From NCBI GenBank assembly GCA_031549605.1, contig JAVBPM010000002.1:9254-73253 (forward strand): a stretch of DNA of 64,000 nt, given 5' to 3'. The notes beneath the pieces were generated by a model that worked only from the letters and a program-made list of their open reading frames with translations, was not told the DNA's origin and did not search any database. Source of the stretch: Oscillospiraceae bacterium (lineage in GTDB: Bacteria > Bacillota > Clostridia > Oscillospirales > UBA929). Shown one piece after another: positions 31,318 through 42,690 of the stretch (positions within the stretch are counted from its first letter, which is position 1; every line of letters starts with the position of its first letter). A program made the position numbers and the translations under genes.

Positions 31318-34300
31318 ATGAAAAAGAGGCACTTATCTCTCTTGCTGGCCATGACGCTGGTTGTGGCACTGTTTGCGCAAAGCGGCGCAGCACTCGAACC
31401 AAGCGCCGTCGTACGCCCCGTATTTACAGGCGCTACAATGCCCATTGAGCGCGGTCATACCATTGAGGACATTGTGGCGATGGCCGAGGCGCATCCGCAC
31501 ACCGGCTTTTCGCGCTACATCACCACGCGCTACGCCACAACGCCCAGTTTTACGGTGCCTTACGCCGCCGGGTCACTGAACACCGACGACCTGGATGACG
31601 CCAAGAACGCCATTATTATGTGCCGATACCTCGCCGGTGTGCCGTACGACAATGTCACACTGCCCAGCGAGCTCAACGATATAGCGCAACACGGCGCCGT
31701 TTTGCTGGCCGCCAGCAACCAGTTTGCACACGAGCCCACCAAGCCGGCCGATATGCCCGAAGCGTTTTTCGACAAGGGCTTTATCGGTTGCAGCAATGCC
31801 AACATCAATGCAGGCCGCACCAATATTTCCAACGTCGTCATTGGGCTGATGGCCGACGCCGGTGCAAACAACATTGAACGAGCGGGTCACAGGCGTTGGG
31901 TCTTGAAACCTTACAGCCAGGCCTTCGGTCTCGGATTTGCCCAGAACACCAGTGGCTCGATTTTGTATCAGGGCGCCCGCACCAATATGCACGTTTTTGA
32001 TAACTCCTCGGCCATGTATACCACCCAGGCCGACACCTACATTGCCTGGCCAAGCGCCGGCGCTTTTCCCATTCAATACTTTGCCTTTGAACACGGCATG
32101 ACCAGCGCACCCGCCTACCCTTGGTCGATTAACCTCGGCGCAGCATACAGCGCGCCCGACAAAGCGCTTATGACGCTGACGCTGACGCGTGCCCGCGACG
32201 GCAAGGTATGGACCTTCGACAAAAACACGCCCAGCCTGGCTGGCGTCGATAGCGCACCCGGCATGCACTTTGCCTCAGATGACGGCGGCTACGGTATTAG
32301 GAAAGCCATCACCTTCCGACCCGACTTGGCGTCGCTGGGCGCTCTTGAGGACGGCGACACGTTTACCGTCAACATCACCGGCATCAAAACGGCGGCCGGC
32401 GCCGACACGACACTCACCTACACCATCAACTTCTTTGACTTGGAAGCGGCCATGACGCCCATTGTGCCGGTTACCTTTACCATTAGCGGCACGAGCAAGA
32501 CCTACAACGGCGCGGCGCAGGGCGTAACAGTCACAGCCGATCCGGCCGGCGCGGAATACAGGGTGCTCTACAACGGTTCCACGACGCTGCCGAAAAACGC
32601 CGGCAGCTATGATGTGACTGTCGAGGCGACAGGCGAAGGCTTTACCGGCTCGCAGACAGCGACGCTGACCATCGCCAAAAAGTCACTGTCCGTTTCCGGA
32701 CTCACGGTCAAGAACCGCGGCTACAGTGCCGGCGACGTTTCCGCCGAGGTCGACGCCAGCGCCTACACGCTGACCGGCAAGGTGGCGGGCGACGATGTGG
32801 CGCTCAACACGGCACTGCTGTCCGCCGTTTTCTCCACCGATCAACCGGGCGCCAGCGTGCCGGCCGTTATTTCCGGCCTTGCACTTACGGGCAGTGACAG
32901 GAACAACTACACACTGGCGAGCACGACAGTGAACACCACGGCGGCCATTTATGCGTCCGTTGTGCCGGTCACCTTTACCGTTAGCGGCACGAGCAAAACC
33001 TACAACGGCGCGACGCAGGGCGTGTCCGTCTCCACAAGCCCGGCCGGCGCCGTTTATTCGGTGCGCTACAACGGCTCCACGACGCTGCCGAAAAACGCCG
33101 GCAGCTATGCCGTGGTTGTCGAGGCGACAGGAGAAGGCTTTACCGGCTCGCAGACAGCGACGCTGACTATCGCCAAAAAGACGTTGACCGTTTCCGGCCT
33201 CACAGTCAAGAACCGCGTCTACAGTGCCGGCGACGTCTCCGCCGAGGTCGACGCCAGCGCCTACACGCTGACCGGCAAGGTATCGGGCGACAATGTGGCG
33301 CTTAACACGGCGCTGCTTTCCGCCGTTTTCTCCACCGATCAACCGGGCGCCAACGTACCGGCCGTTATATCGGGTCTTGCCCTTACCGGCAGTGCCAGCG
33401 CAAACTACACGCTGGCGAGCACGACGGTGAACACCACGGCAGCCATTTATGCGTCCGTTGTGCCGGTTACCTTTACCATTAGCGGCACGAGCAAGACCTA
33501 CAACGGCGCGACGCAGGGCGTAACAGTCACCTCCAGCCCGACCGGCGCCGCCTATACGGTACGCTACAACGGCTCCACGACGCTGCCAAAAAACGCCGGC
33601 AGCTATGCTGTGGTTGTCGAGGCGACTGGCGCAGGCTTTACCGGCTCGCAGACTGCGACACTGACCATCGCCAAGAAGTCACTGTCCGTTTCAGGCCTCA
33701 AGGTCAAGAGCCGTAATTACAAGGCCGGCTCCGTCGCCGCCGAGGTCGACGCCAGCGCCTATTCGCTGGTCGGCAAGGTATCGGGCGACAATGTGGCGCT
33801 TAACACGGCGCTGCTCACCGCCAAGTTCTCCACCGACCAACCGGGCACCAGCGTGCCGGCCGTTATATCGGGCCTTGCCCTTACCGGCAGTGCCAGCGCC
33901 AACTACACGCTGGCGAGTACAACGGTAAACACCACGGCGGCCATTACGATGCCTGCGTGGATCAACCCCTATACCGATGTTGCGAAGAGCGACTGGTTCT
34001 ATAGCGCCGTTGCCTACGTCAGCCAGCGCGGTCTGATGTCGGGTATGGCGGGTGGCACCACCTTTGCGCCCATGGCTCCGTTGAGCCGCGCTATGGTCGC
34101 CACGGTGCTCTACCGCATGTCGGGCTCGCCGAGCGAGACCTACTCGGCTATCTTTACCGATGTGCCCAACGGCCAGTGGTACTCCAAGCCCATTACCTGG
34201 GCCTACCGGAACAACATTGTGGGCGGCAAGGGCAATGGTCTGTTTGGCACCAATGAGAACATTTCACGCGAACAGCTGGCCGCCATGATATACCGCTACG

Positions 34301-34518
34301 CCCAGTTCAGAAAAATTGACACCTCTGCCACCGTCAGTCTCACCGGATATACCGACGCTAAAGCGATTAGCTCCTATGCCGTCACGCCCATGCGCTGGGC
34401 CGTGGCAGTGGGAATCATCAGCGGCAAGACGAAAACAACACTCAATCCGAGCGGCTTTGCCAACCGCGCCGAATGCGCCACCATCCTCATGCGGTTTGAC
34501 ATACTTTTGAACTCATAA
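31318..34518 (+). CDS. S-layer-homology (SLH) cell-surface protein with CAP/SCP-like N-terminal domain and three MBG/YDG-type repeats
   Basis: 1066 aa with a signal peptide and a GHRRWVLKP (CAP/SCP-like) motif. There are three 166-aa repeats (VTFTISGTSKTYNGA.QGV...NYTLASTTVNTTAAI) and three C-terminal SLH repeats (FTDV..WY...I.WA). Confidence 0.85.
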   Translation: MKKRHLSLLLAMTLVVALFAQSGAALEPSAVVRPVFTGATMPIERGHTIEDIVAMAEAHPHTGFSRYITTRYATTPSFTVPYAAGSLNTDDLDDAKNAIIMCRYLAGVPYDNVTLPSELNDIAQHGAVLLAASNQFAHEPTKPADMPEAFFDKGFIGCSNANINAGRTNISNVVIGLMADAGANNIERAGHRRWVLKPYSQAFGLGFAQNTSGSILYQGARTNMHVFDNSSAMYTTQADTYIAWPSAGAFPIQYFAFEHGMTSAPAYPWSINLGAAYSAPDKALMTLTLTRARDGKVWTFDKNTPSLAGVDSAPGMHFASDDGGYGIRKAITFRPDLASLGALEDGDTFTVNITGIKTAAGADTTLTYTINFFDLEAAMTPIVPVTFTISGTSKTYNGAAQGVTVTADPAGAEYRVLYNGSTTLPKNAGSYDVTVEATGEGFTGSQTATLTIAKKSLSVSGLTVKNRGYSAGDVSAEVDASAYTLTGKVAGDDVALNTALLSAVFSTDQPGASVPAVISGLALTGSDRNNYTLASTTVNTTAAIYASVVPVTFTVSGTSKTYNGATQGVSVSTSPAGAVYSVRYNGSTTLPKNAGSYAVVVEATGEGFTGSQTATLTIAKKTLTVSGLTVKNRVYSAGDVSAEVDASAYTLTGKVSGDNVALNTALLSAVFSTDQPGANVPAVISGLALTGSASANYTLASTTVNTTAAIYASVVPVTFTISGTSKTYNGATQGVTVTSSPTGAAYTVRYNGSTTLPKNAGSYAVVVEATGAGFTGSQTATLTIAKKSLSVSGLKVKSRNYKAGSVAAEVDASAYSLVGKVSGDNVALNTALLTAKFSTDQPGTSVPAVISGLALTGSASANYTLASTTVNTTAAITMPAWINPYTDVAKSDWFYSAVAYVSQRGLMSGMAGGTTFAPMAPLSRAMVATVLYRMSGSPSETYSAIFTDVPNGQWYSKPITWAYRNNIVGGKGNGLFGTNENISREQLAAMIYRYAQFRKIDTSATVSLTGYTDAKAISSYAVTPMRWAVAVGIISGKTKTTLNPSGFANRAECATILMRFDILLNS
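32461..33946 (+). repeat. In-frame tandem repeat, 3 x 498 bp, inside the SLH protein gene
   Basis: Units start at 32461, 32959 and 33457. They are near-identical at the nucleotide level (for example GTGCCGGT[T/C]ACCTTTACC[A/G]TTAGCGGCACGAGCAA[G/A]ACCTACAACGGCGCG). Confidence 0.9.
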
Positions 34519-34525
34519 GACACAA

Positions 34526-34557
34526 CAAAATGCCGGCCCATTCGGGCCGGCATTTTT
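34526..34557. repeat. Left copy of the duplicated 32-bp bidirectional-terminator hairpin flanking repeat copy B
   Basis: CAAAATGCCGGCCCATTCGGGCCGGCATTTTT. Confidence 0.9.
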
Positions 34558-34805
34558 CAGCGTGTCAAAAAACTTGTTATTGGCACGCTGACAGACTGAC
34601 AAAGAAGTGCGCAGGCAAAAAACACTGTCCGTCGGCGTACGATGGTACGCCAGGACAGCGTTTATGCAGCAAGTAAACCTTTGTGGCGCAGCGACTTTGT
34701 CGATGCGCCACAAATCATTAGGGGCAACTCAAAACGCAGCCTTACGTCGCCGTTTTCTCTTTTTTCTGACACCGGTTTTACGGTGCGCTCTTTTTTGACA
34801 GTCTG
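34558..34805 (-). mobile_element. MITE-like non-coding repeat, copy B (248 bp, inverted orientation)
   Basis: The reverse complement starts CAGACTGTCAAAAAAG and ends TTTTTGACACGCTG. It aligns with copies A and C throughout. Confidence 0.75.
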
Positions 34806-34837
34806 CAAAATGCCGACCCAAACGGGTCGGCATTTTT
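34806..34837. repeat. Right copy of the duplicated 32-bp hairpin flanking repeat copy B
   Basis: CAAAATGCCGACCCAAACGGGTCGGCATTTTT. It has 4 differences from the left copy, two of which form a compensatory stem pair. Confidence 0.9.
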
Positions 34838-34849
34838 TGATGGATTGAA

Positions 34850-35290
34850 TTAGCCGAGGATGTCGGCAAACTGGCTGATGGCGTAGTCCTTGTCCTCGGT
34901 TTTGGCGATGGCCTGACAGGCCTGTAGACCCAGGGTCTTGTTCTCGGCCGCCTTGTCGGCGTCGCCCAGCACGGCGTAGGCGCGTGCCAGCGCTTCGTAG
35001 CCGAAGGCGAGGTCAAAGTCGCCGATGCCGTTCTGCTGAATGGTATCCATCGACGTCTTGGCAAACAGCAACGCCGGAGCGCCCATGCCGAGCAGTGCGT
35101 AGACGTGGGACACCTGCCACTCGCCACGTGCCAGATTGACCGGCTGGCAGCCCTCGACCTGCGACCACAGGTAGTACGAGGCGTGCGCGCTGTGCAGCAT
35201 TTGGGCGTCGTCGGCCAACGTGCGATCGGCCTTGTCAATCAGGTCCCATGTGCCGTTAAACAGCGCAATGGCTGTTTTTTTGACGTCCAT
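34850..35290 (-). CDS. Hypothetical helical protein, translationally coupled to the SPFH gene
   Basis: 146-aa ORF. Its ATG overlaps the SPFH stop (TAATG). Confidence 0.6.
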   Translation of the reverse strand: MDVKKTAIALFNGTWDLIDKADRTLADDAQMLHSAHASYYLWSQVEGCQPVNLARGEWQVSHVYALLGMGAPALLFAKTSMDTIQQNGIGDFDLAFGYEALARAYAVLGDADKAAENKTLGLQACQAIAKTEDKDYAISQFADILG

Positions 35291-36171
35291 TATTTAACGA
35301 CCTCTTTCAACGAAGCAGCCAAACCGGTGAGACTAGCAATGTCGGTGGGCACAATCAGCTTTGTCGCCTGGCCGTCGGCCACCTTGGCCAGCGCCTCAAG
35401 CGATTTTACCTTGATGACAGCCTCGTTGGGGTTGGCTTCATTGAGCAGCTTGATGGAGTCGGCCAGCGCGCGCTGCACCATTTCAATCGACTGCGCTTCG
35501 CCCTCAGCGGCCAGAATACGCGCCTGCTTGGCGGCGTCAGCACGCAGAATAGCCGACTGCTTTTCACCCTCGGCGACGAGAATTTTGCTCTGCTTTTCGC
35601 CCTCGGCTTGCAGAATGGCCTGACGGCGCTCACGCTCGGCTTTCATCTGCTTTTCCATGGCGTCCTGAATTTCGCGCGGCGGAATGATGCTCTTGAGCTC
35701 GACGCGGTTGACCTTGATGCCCCACGGATCGGTGGCTTCGTCGAGAATAGCGCGCATTTTGGTATTGATGAGGTCGCGAGAGGTCAGCGTCTCGTCCAGC
35801 TCAAGGTCGCCAACGATGTTACGCAGCGTCGTGGCGGTCAGCGTCTCAATGGCCGACATGGGGTGCTCAACGCCGTATGTATACAACTTGGGGTCGGTGA
35901 TTTCAAAGTAAATTACAGTGTCAATCTGCATGGTGACATTGTCTTTGGTGATAACCGGCTGGGGCGGGAAGTCGACGACCTGCTCCTTGAGCGACACCTG
36001 CTTGGCCACGCGCTCAATAAACGGAATTTTGAAATGCAGGCCGACATCCCACACCTTGTGGAACACGCCGAGACGCTCGATGACGTTGGCGCGCGCCTGC
36101 TGCACGATGCGGATGTTGGCCAGAATGACCACGACGACGAGTGCGACGACTGCTAACAGAATGTACTCCAT
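35290..36171 (-). CDS. SPFH/Band 7 (stomatin-like) family protein
   Basis: 293 aa with an N-terminal TM helix, an SPFH core (VDFPPQPVITKDNVTMQIDTVIYF) and a coiled-coil AEGEKQS repeat region. Confidence 0.9.
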   Translation of the reverse strand: MEYILLAVVALVVVVILANIRIVQQARANVIERLGVFHKVWDVGLHFKIPFIERVAKQVSLKEQVVDFPPQPVITKDNVTMQIDTVIYFEITDPKLYTYGVEHPMSAIETLTATTLRNIVGDLELDETLTSRDLINTKMRAILDEATDPWGIKVNRVELKSIIPPREIQDAMEKQMKAERERRQAILQAEGEKQSKILVAEGEKQSAILRADAAKQARILAAEGEAQSIEMVQRALADSIKLLNEANPNEAVIKVKSLEALAKVADGQATKLIVPTDIASLTGLAASLKEVVK

Positions 36172-36183
36172 ACTTGACTCCTC

Positions 36184-36624
36184 CTAATCTTGTTGTGCCG
36201 AGAGCTTGACGATGACCTTGACTCCTTCGATGGCCAGAACGTCAATCCATTGACCCGCCTCAATGACGCTGTTGTCGTTGCTGCGCGCCGTCCATGTGCG
36301 GCCGGCGGCGTTGACAATGCCGTGGCCGTTGGCGTTGTCGATGGTCTCGACAACGCGGCAGCGCATACCAATGACCCGGTCGGCGTTGGTGCTGGTCTTG
36401 AGGGTGTTGACGTGCTTGCGGACAAAGGGTCGCAGCAGGTAGAGCAGCACAATCGAGACCAGCAAAAAGGCACCGATTTGAACCGGCAGCGAGTCTGTAA
36501 TCAGCGACACGATGAGTGCCGCGAGTGACCCGGCCGAAAACCAAATGGCGACCAAACTGACGGTCGACAGTTCCAGCACGGTAAATGCCACCATGAGACC
36601 CAGCCATATTAAGGCCATTTCCAT
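36184..36624 (-). CDS. NfeD family membrane protein
   Basis: 146 aa with three TM helices plus a C-terminal OB-like domain (GMRCRVVETIDNANGHGIVNAAGRTWTARS). It lies upstream of an SPFH gene, as is typical. Confidence 0.85.
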   Translation of the reverse strand: MEMALIWLGLMVAFTVLELSTVSLVAIWFSAGSLAALIVSLITDSLPVQIGAFLLVSIVLLYLLRPFVRKHVNTLKTSTNADRVIGMRCRVVETIDNANGHGIVNAAGRTWTARSNDNSVIEAGQWIDVLAIEGVKVIVKLSAQQD

Positions 36625-36673
36625 ACTACCCCTCCTTCATGCATTTCTCAGTATACCACAACCGCGGCTAAAA

Positions 36674-39600
36674 TCAACTGTTATTCAACGTCGTGATGTC
36701 GACAATGCCCATGTCGATGGACTGCTTGAGGTTGATGGTCAGCGCGCCGGCGGTGTCGAGCGAGGTCATGCACAGCGCGCCCGTCTCGACGGCCAGCCGG
36801 CGAATGACTGCGCCGTCACTGATTTGACGGCGGCCGGGTGCCGGCGTGTTGATCAGCAAATCGATGCCGTCGCCCTGCGTCATGACGTGGCGAATGTTAA
36901 AGTGCGGGCCGTCGATGCGGCTGATCAGCTCGGTTTTGATGTCGCGCTGCGCCAGCGAGGCGTGTGTTCCCTCGGTGGCGTACAGCGTGTAGCCCAGCTC
37001 GGCCAGTCCGGCGGCGATGGGCACCAGCTTGGCCTTGTCGGCGTCGTTGACGGTCAACACGGCTTTTTTCGTGCGCGGTACGCGCATACCGGCGGCGGTG
37101 AAGCCCTTGCGCAGCGCCTCCTCAAAGCCCTCGGCCACGCCCAGCACCTCGCCCGTCGATTTCATCTCCGGGCCGAGCGTGATGTCGGCCTGCGGCAGTT
37201 TTTCAAAGGAGAACACCGGCACCTTGACGGCGTAGAATTTGGCTTTCGGCGCTATGCCTGTGCCGCAGCCGATATCGGCCAGTTTTTCACCGTTCATCAC
37301 GCGCACGGCCAGCGCCACCATGGCAATGCCGGTCACCTTGCTGATGTACGGCACGGTGCGCGAGCTGCGCGGGTTGGCTTCGATGACGTAGATGTCGTCG
37401 CCGTCGACGATGTACTGCACGTTGATAATGCCGCTGACACGCAGCGCCAGCGCCAGCTTTTTGGTGTAGTCGTGGATGCGCTGCGTCTGCTCGTCGGAAA
37501 TGTGCAGCGTCGGATAGACGGAAATTGAGTCGCCCGAGTGGACGCCGGCGCGCTCGAGATGCTCCATGACGCCGGGGATGAGAATGTCGGTACCGTCGCA
37601 GATGGCGTCTACCTCAACCTCGCGGCCTTTGACATACTTGTCCACCAGAATGGGATGCTCAGTGGCCAGCGAGCCGATGCGCTGCATAAACTCGACGATG
37701 TCGGCGTCGGAAAAGGCAATTTGCATGCCCTGCCCACCCAGCACGTACGACGGGCGCACCAGCACGGGGTAGCCCAGCTTGCGGCCGGCGGCCAGCGCCT
37801 CGTCGGTGGTAAAGACAGTGGTTCCGGGCGGTCGGGGGATGTCGCAGGAGGATAGGATGCTGTCAAAGCGCTCGCGATCCTCGGCGGCGTCCACGGCGTC
37901 GGTGTCGGTGCCCATAATCGGCACACCCAGCGACGTCAGCGTCTTGGCCAGCTTGATGGCCGTCTGGCCGCCAAACTGCACAACGGCGTAGTCGGGCTGC
38001 TCTTGCGCTACAATGGCTTCGACATCCTCGGCGGTCAGCGGCTCGAAATACAGCTTGTCGCTGACATCAAAGTCGGTGCTGACGGTCTCGGGGTTGCAGT
38101 TGACCATGATGACCTCAAAGCCGCGCTGACGCAGCGCCCACACGGCGTGGACGCAGCAGTAGTCAAATTCAATGCCCTGCCCGATGCGAATGGGGCCCGA
38201 GCTGATGATGAGCACTTTTTTCTTGCCGGTGGTCGGCACGGCCTCATTAATAGCGCCATAGCAGCCGTAGTAGTAGGGGGTGTTGGCGTTGAATTCACCG
38301 GCGCAGGTGTCGACGGTCTTGTAGGCCATGGTGATGCCCCACTCGCGGCGCAGCGCGGCGATGTCGGCGGCCGACTTGCCGGTAAAGCGCGACACGGCGG
38401 CATCGGTGAAGCCCAGCCGCTTGCACTCGGTGAGCAAATCGGCGGTCAGCGGCTGCGATTGCAGCTGCTTTTCCATCTCGACCAAGTTCAAAATCTTGTC
38501 AAGGAACCACGGGTCAATGGTGGTGATGTCGGCGATTTGCTTGACGGTGTATCCGTTGCGGAAGGCGGCGGCGATGACAAAGATGCGGCGGTCGTCGACA
38601 CGCTTGAGCGCCTCGCCGATGTCCTCGGGCGCAATGTCGTAATCAAGGTAGTCCTTGCCCTGCTCCAGCGAGCGGATGGCCTTGAGCAGCGCCGCCTCAA
38701 AACGCGGCGCAATGCCCATGGTCTCGCCGGTCGCTTTCATCTGGGTCGACAGCACGCGGTCGGCGGTGATGAACTTGTCAAAGGGCCAGCGCGGGAACTT
38801 GACAACGACGTAGTCGATGCAGGGCTCGTTGCAGGCCGTCGTGCAGCCGGTCACGGCGTTGGGGATTTCGTCAAGCGTGTAGCCCAGCGCAATTTTGGTC
38901 GTCACCTTGGCGATGGGGTAGCCGGTGGCCTTGGACGCCAGTGCGCTTGAGCGGCTGACGCGCGGGTTGACCTCGATAACAGCGTATTCCAAGCTGGTGG
39001 GATGCAGCGCAAACTGCACGTTGCAGCCACCCTGAATGTCCAGCGCGCAGATGATGTTAAATGCGGCGGCCCGAAGCATGGTAAACTCGCGCTCGGCCAG
39101 TGTCTGCGACGGCGCGACGACAATGGAGTCGCCGGTGTGTACGCCGACGGGGTCAAGGTTTTCCATGTCGCAGACAGTGACGCAGTTGCCAACGCTGTCG
39201 CGGATGACCTCAAACTCAATCTCTTTCCAGCCGGCGATGCAGCGCTCGATAAGACACTGCCCGACACGCGACAGCCGCAAGCCGTTGCCGGCAATCGCGC
39301 GCAGCGCCGCTTCGTCGGCGGCAATGCCGCCGCCGGTGCCGCCCATGGTGTAGGCGGGTCGCACGACGATGGGGTAGCCGATGGTGTTGGCAAAATCGAC
39401 CGCCGCCTCGACGCCTTCAACAACAACGCTGGCGGCGCACGGCTCGTCAATCTCGGCCATGGCGTCCTTGAACGCCAAACGGTCCTCGGCCTTGCGAATA
39501 GCGTCGGCGTTGACGCCAATCAGCTTGACGTTGTGGCTTTCGAGAAAGCCGGTCTCGGCCAGCTCCATGGCCAGGTTCAAGCCGCTCTGACCGCCCAGCG

Positions 39601-39865
39601 AGGGCAGCAGGCTGTCCGGCTTCTCTTTTTCAATGACCTTCATGACTGTCTCGACGGTCAGCGGCTCGATGTAGACGTGATCGGCGATTTCGGGGTCGGT
39701 CATAATGGTGGCGGGATTGGAGTTAATGAGGATGACCTCGCAGCCCTCCTCTTTTAGCGCGCGGCAGGCCTGTGTGCCGGCGTAGTCGAATTCGGCGGCC
39801 TGACCGATGATAATGGGACCCGACCCGATGACCAGCACGCGCTTGATGTCGTTATGTTTAGGCAT
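36674..39865 (-). CDS. carB: Carbamoyl-phosphate synthase large subunit
   Basis: Track ORF 36674..40054. The real start is ATG 39865 (MPKHNDIKRVLVIGSGPIIIGQAAEFDYAGTQA). Confidence 0.97.
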   Translation of the reverse strand: MPKHNDIKRVLVIGSGPIIIGQAAEFDYAGTQACRALKEEGCEVILINSNPATIMTDPEIADHVYIEPLTVETVMKVIEKEKPDSLLPSLGGQSGLNLAMELAETGFLESHNVKLIGVNADAIRKAEDRLAFKDAMAEIDEPCAASVVVEGVEAAVDFANTIGYPIVVRPAYTMGGTGGGIAADEAALRAIAGNGLRLSRVGQCLIERCIAGWKEIEFEVIRDSVGNCVTVCDMENLDPVGVHTGDSIVVAPSQTLAEREFTMLRAAAFNIICALDIQGGCNVQFALHPTSLEYAVIEVNPRVSRSSALASKATGYPIAKVTTKIALGYTLDEIPNAVTGCTTACNEPCIDYVVVKFPRWPFDKFITADRVLSTQMKATGETMGIAPRFEAALLKAIRSLEQGKDYLDYDIAPEDIGEALKRVDDRRIFVIAAAFRNGYTVKQIADITTIDPWFLDKILNLVEMEKQLQSQPLTADLLTECKRLGFTDAAVSRFTGKSAADIAALRREWGITMAYKTVDTCAGEFNANTPYYYGCYGAINEAVPTTGKKKVLIISSGPIRIGQGIEFDYCCVHAVWALRQRGFEVIMVNCNPETVSTDFDVSDKLYFEPLTAEDVEAIVAQEQPDYAVVQFGGQTAIKLAKTLTSLGVPIMGTDTDAVDAAEDRERFDSILSSCDIPRPPGTTVFTTDEALAAGRKLGYPVLVRPSYVLGGQGMQIAFSDADIVEFMQRIGSLATEHPILVDKYVKGREVEVDAICDGTDILIPGVMEHLERAGVHSGDSISVYPTLHISDEQTQRIHDYTKKLALALRVSGIINVQYIVDGDDIYVIEANPRSSRTVPYISKVTGIAMVALAVRVMNGEKLADIGCGTGIAPKAKFYAVKVPVFSFEKLPQADITLGPEMKSTGEVLGVAEGFEEALRKGFTAAGMRVPRTKKAVLTVNDADKAKLVPIAAGLAELGYTLYATEGTHASLAQRDIKTELISRIDGPHFNIRHVMTQGDGIDLLINTPAPGRRQISDGAVIRRLAVETGALCMTSLDTAGALTINLKQSIDMGIVDITTLNNS

Positions 39866-40919
39866 TGACGTTCCCTCCCAGCATGGCCACAAAGGCGTCG
39901 TAATCATTGGTTTTTTGCAGTGGCAGCGGTACAGACGACGGAAAATACTGCGTGCCGCGCGCGTTGAGGGTGGGATAGTCGAGACCCTCGACGGTGCCGT
40001 CATTGAGGTTGCGCGATGTGACCATCGCGGTGGTGGGCAGGCTGCGCTCGTCAACCGAGAAGGCGTGATTTTGTACCGTGGCGCGGATGTGGCGCGTGGC
40101 GGCGTCCTGCACCGGCAGGCTGTTGCCGCGGTGGCCGTAGGGCAGACGAGTCACCTGCGCGCCGGCTGCCAGCGCCAGCAGCTCGTGACCCAGCGAAATA
40201 CCCCAGATGGGCAGCTTGCCCAGCAGCGCTTTGACCGTATCCAGCACCGACTCGCACCGGCGCGGGTCACCCGGCCCGTTGGTCAGCACCAATCCCTCCG
40301 GCCGCTCGGCCAGAATGTCGGCGGCGGTGGCCGTGGCGGGCAGGCGCACAACCTGACAGCCGGCGTTTACCAGCCCCTCGGCAATGGCGGCGCGCGTACC
40401 CAGATCGAGCAGCACGACGCGACGACCCTCGCCGGTCGTCATCGGCGCCCGGCAGGTCACGGCCTGCACAGCGTTAAAGGTTTCGTCGCCTTTCATGTGT
40501 TCCAGCGGCGGCGTGGCGTAGGCCTTGTCGCTCAACAGCGCGCGCATCGGGCCGTTGTCGCGCAGCAGCTTGACCAGCACGCGCGTGTCGACGCCGGTCA
40601 GCACCGGCACGGCCTTCAGCCGCTCGGGCAGCGGCGCGTCGGCCTGAAAGTTGGAGGGCGTGCGCGCCAATTCCTGCACAACCAGCAGCGACAGGCGCAC
40701 GCTGTTGTCGTCCCAGACGCTGTTGTCCACACCATAGTTGCCGATAATCGGCGCGGTGAAGACGACACCCTGGCCGACAAACGAGGGGTCGGTCAGCACA
40801 TCCTGATAGCCGATGCCGCAGTTGACGAAGACCAGCTCGCAAGCCAGCTCGCCGGTGTAGTGCAGCACCTCACCCTGAAAGGCCTGTCCGTTCTCCAGAT
40901 ACAATGTTGCTTTAGCCAT
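39858..40919 (-). CDS. carA: Carbamoyl-phosphate synthase small subunit
   Basis: 353 aa with a class I glutamine amidotransferase C-terminal half (GISLGHELL). It overlaps the carB start by 8 nt. Confidence 0.95.
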   Translation of the reverse strand: MAKATLYLENGQAFQGEVLHYTGELACELVFVNCGIGYQDVLTDPSFVGQGVVFTAPIIGNYGVDNSVWDDNSVRLSLLVVQELARTPSNFQADAPLPERLKAVPVLTGVDTRVLVKLLRDNGPMRALLSDKAYATPPLEHMKGDETFNAVQAVTCRAPMTTGEGRRVVLLDLGTRAAIAEGLVNAGCQVVRLPATATAADILAERPEGLVLTNGPGDPRRCESVLDTVKALLGKLPIWGISLGHELLALAAGAQVTRLPYGHRGNSLPVQDAATRHIRATVQNHAFSVDERSLPTTAMVTSRNLNDGTVEGLDYPTLNARGTQYFPSSVPLPLQKTNDYDAFVAMLGGNVNA

Positions 40920-40934
40920 ACTTCACCTCATAGA

Positions 40935-40959
40935 CAGAGCGCACATGGCGTGCGCTCTG
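40935..40959 (-). other. 10-bp GC-rich hairpin between gdhA and carA (no U-tract)
   Basis: CAGAGCGCAC (40935-40944) / GTGCGCTCTG (40950-40959), 15 nt upstream of the carA ATG. It may be a partial terminator or a stabiliser. Confidence 0.4.
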
Positions 40960-40976
40960 AAATCTTGCAAATTCGA

Positions 40977-42593
<1,617 letters not shown>

Positions 42594-42632
42594 TTAACAA
42601 CATTGGTCGACATAATTTTTTGGGCTATCCTA

Positions 42633-42661
42633 TTGCCGACTAGCACATACTGTGGTATGAT
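42633..42661 (+). promoter_or_regulatory. Candidate promoter for the SLH/M14 peptidase gene
   Basis: TTGCCG (42633-42638), a 17-nt spacer, then TATGAT (42656-42661) with an upstream TG (extended -10). Confidence 0.45.
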
Positions 42662-42690
42662 TTACTGTGTACTATTTGCGGGAGGTCACT

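Noticed and set aside
32461-33946. Regular 498-bp periodicity, checked as a possible repeat array or CRISPR.
   Set aside because: The period is far too long and lies entirely in-frame within a coding sequence. It is a protein-domain tandem repeat.
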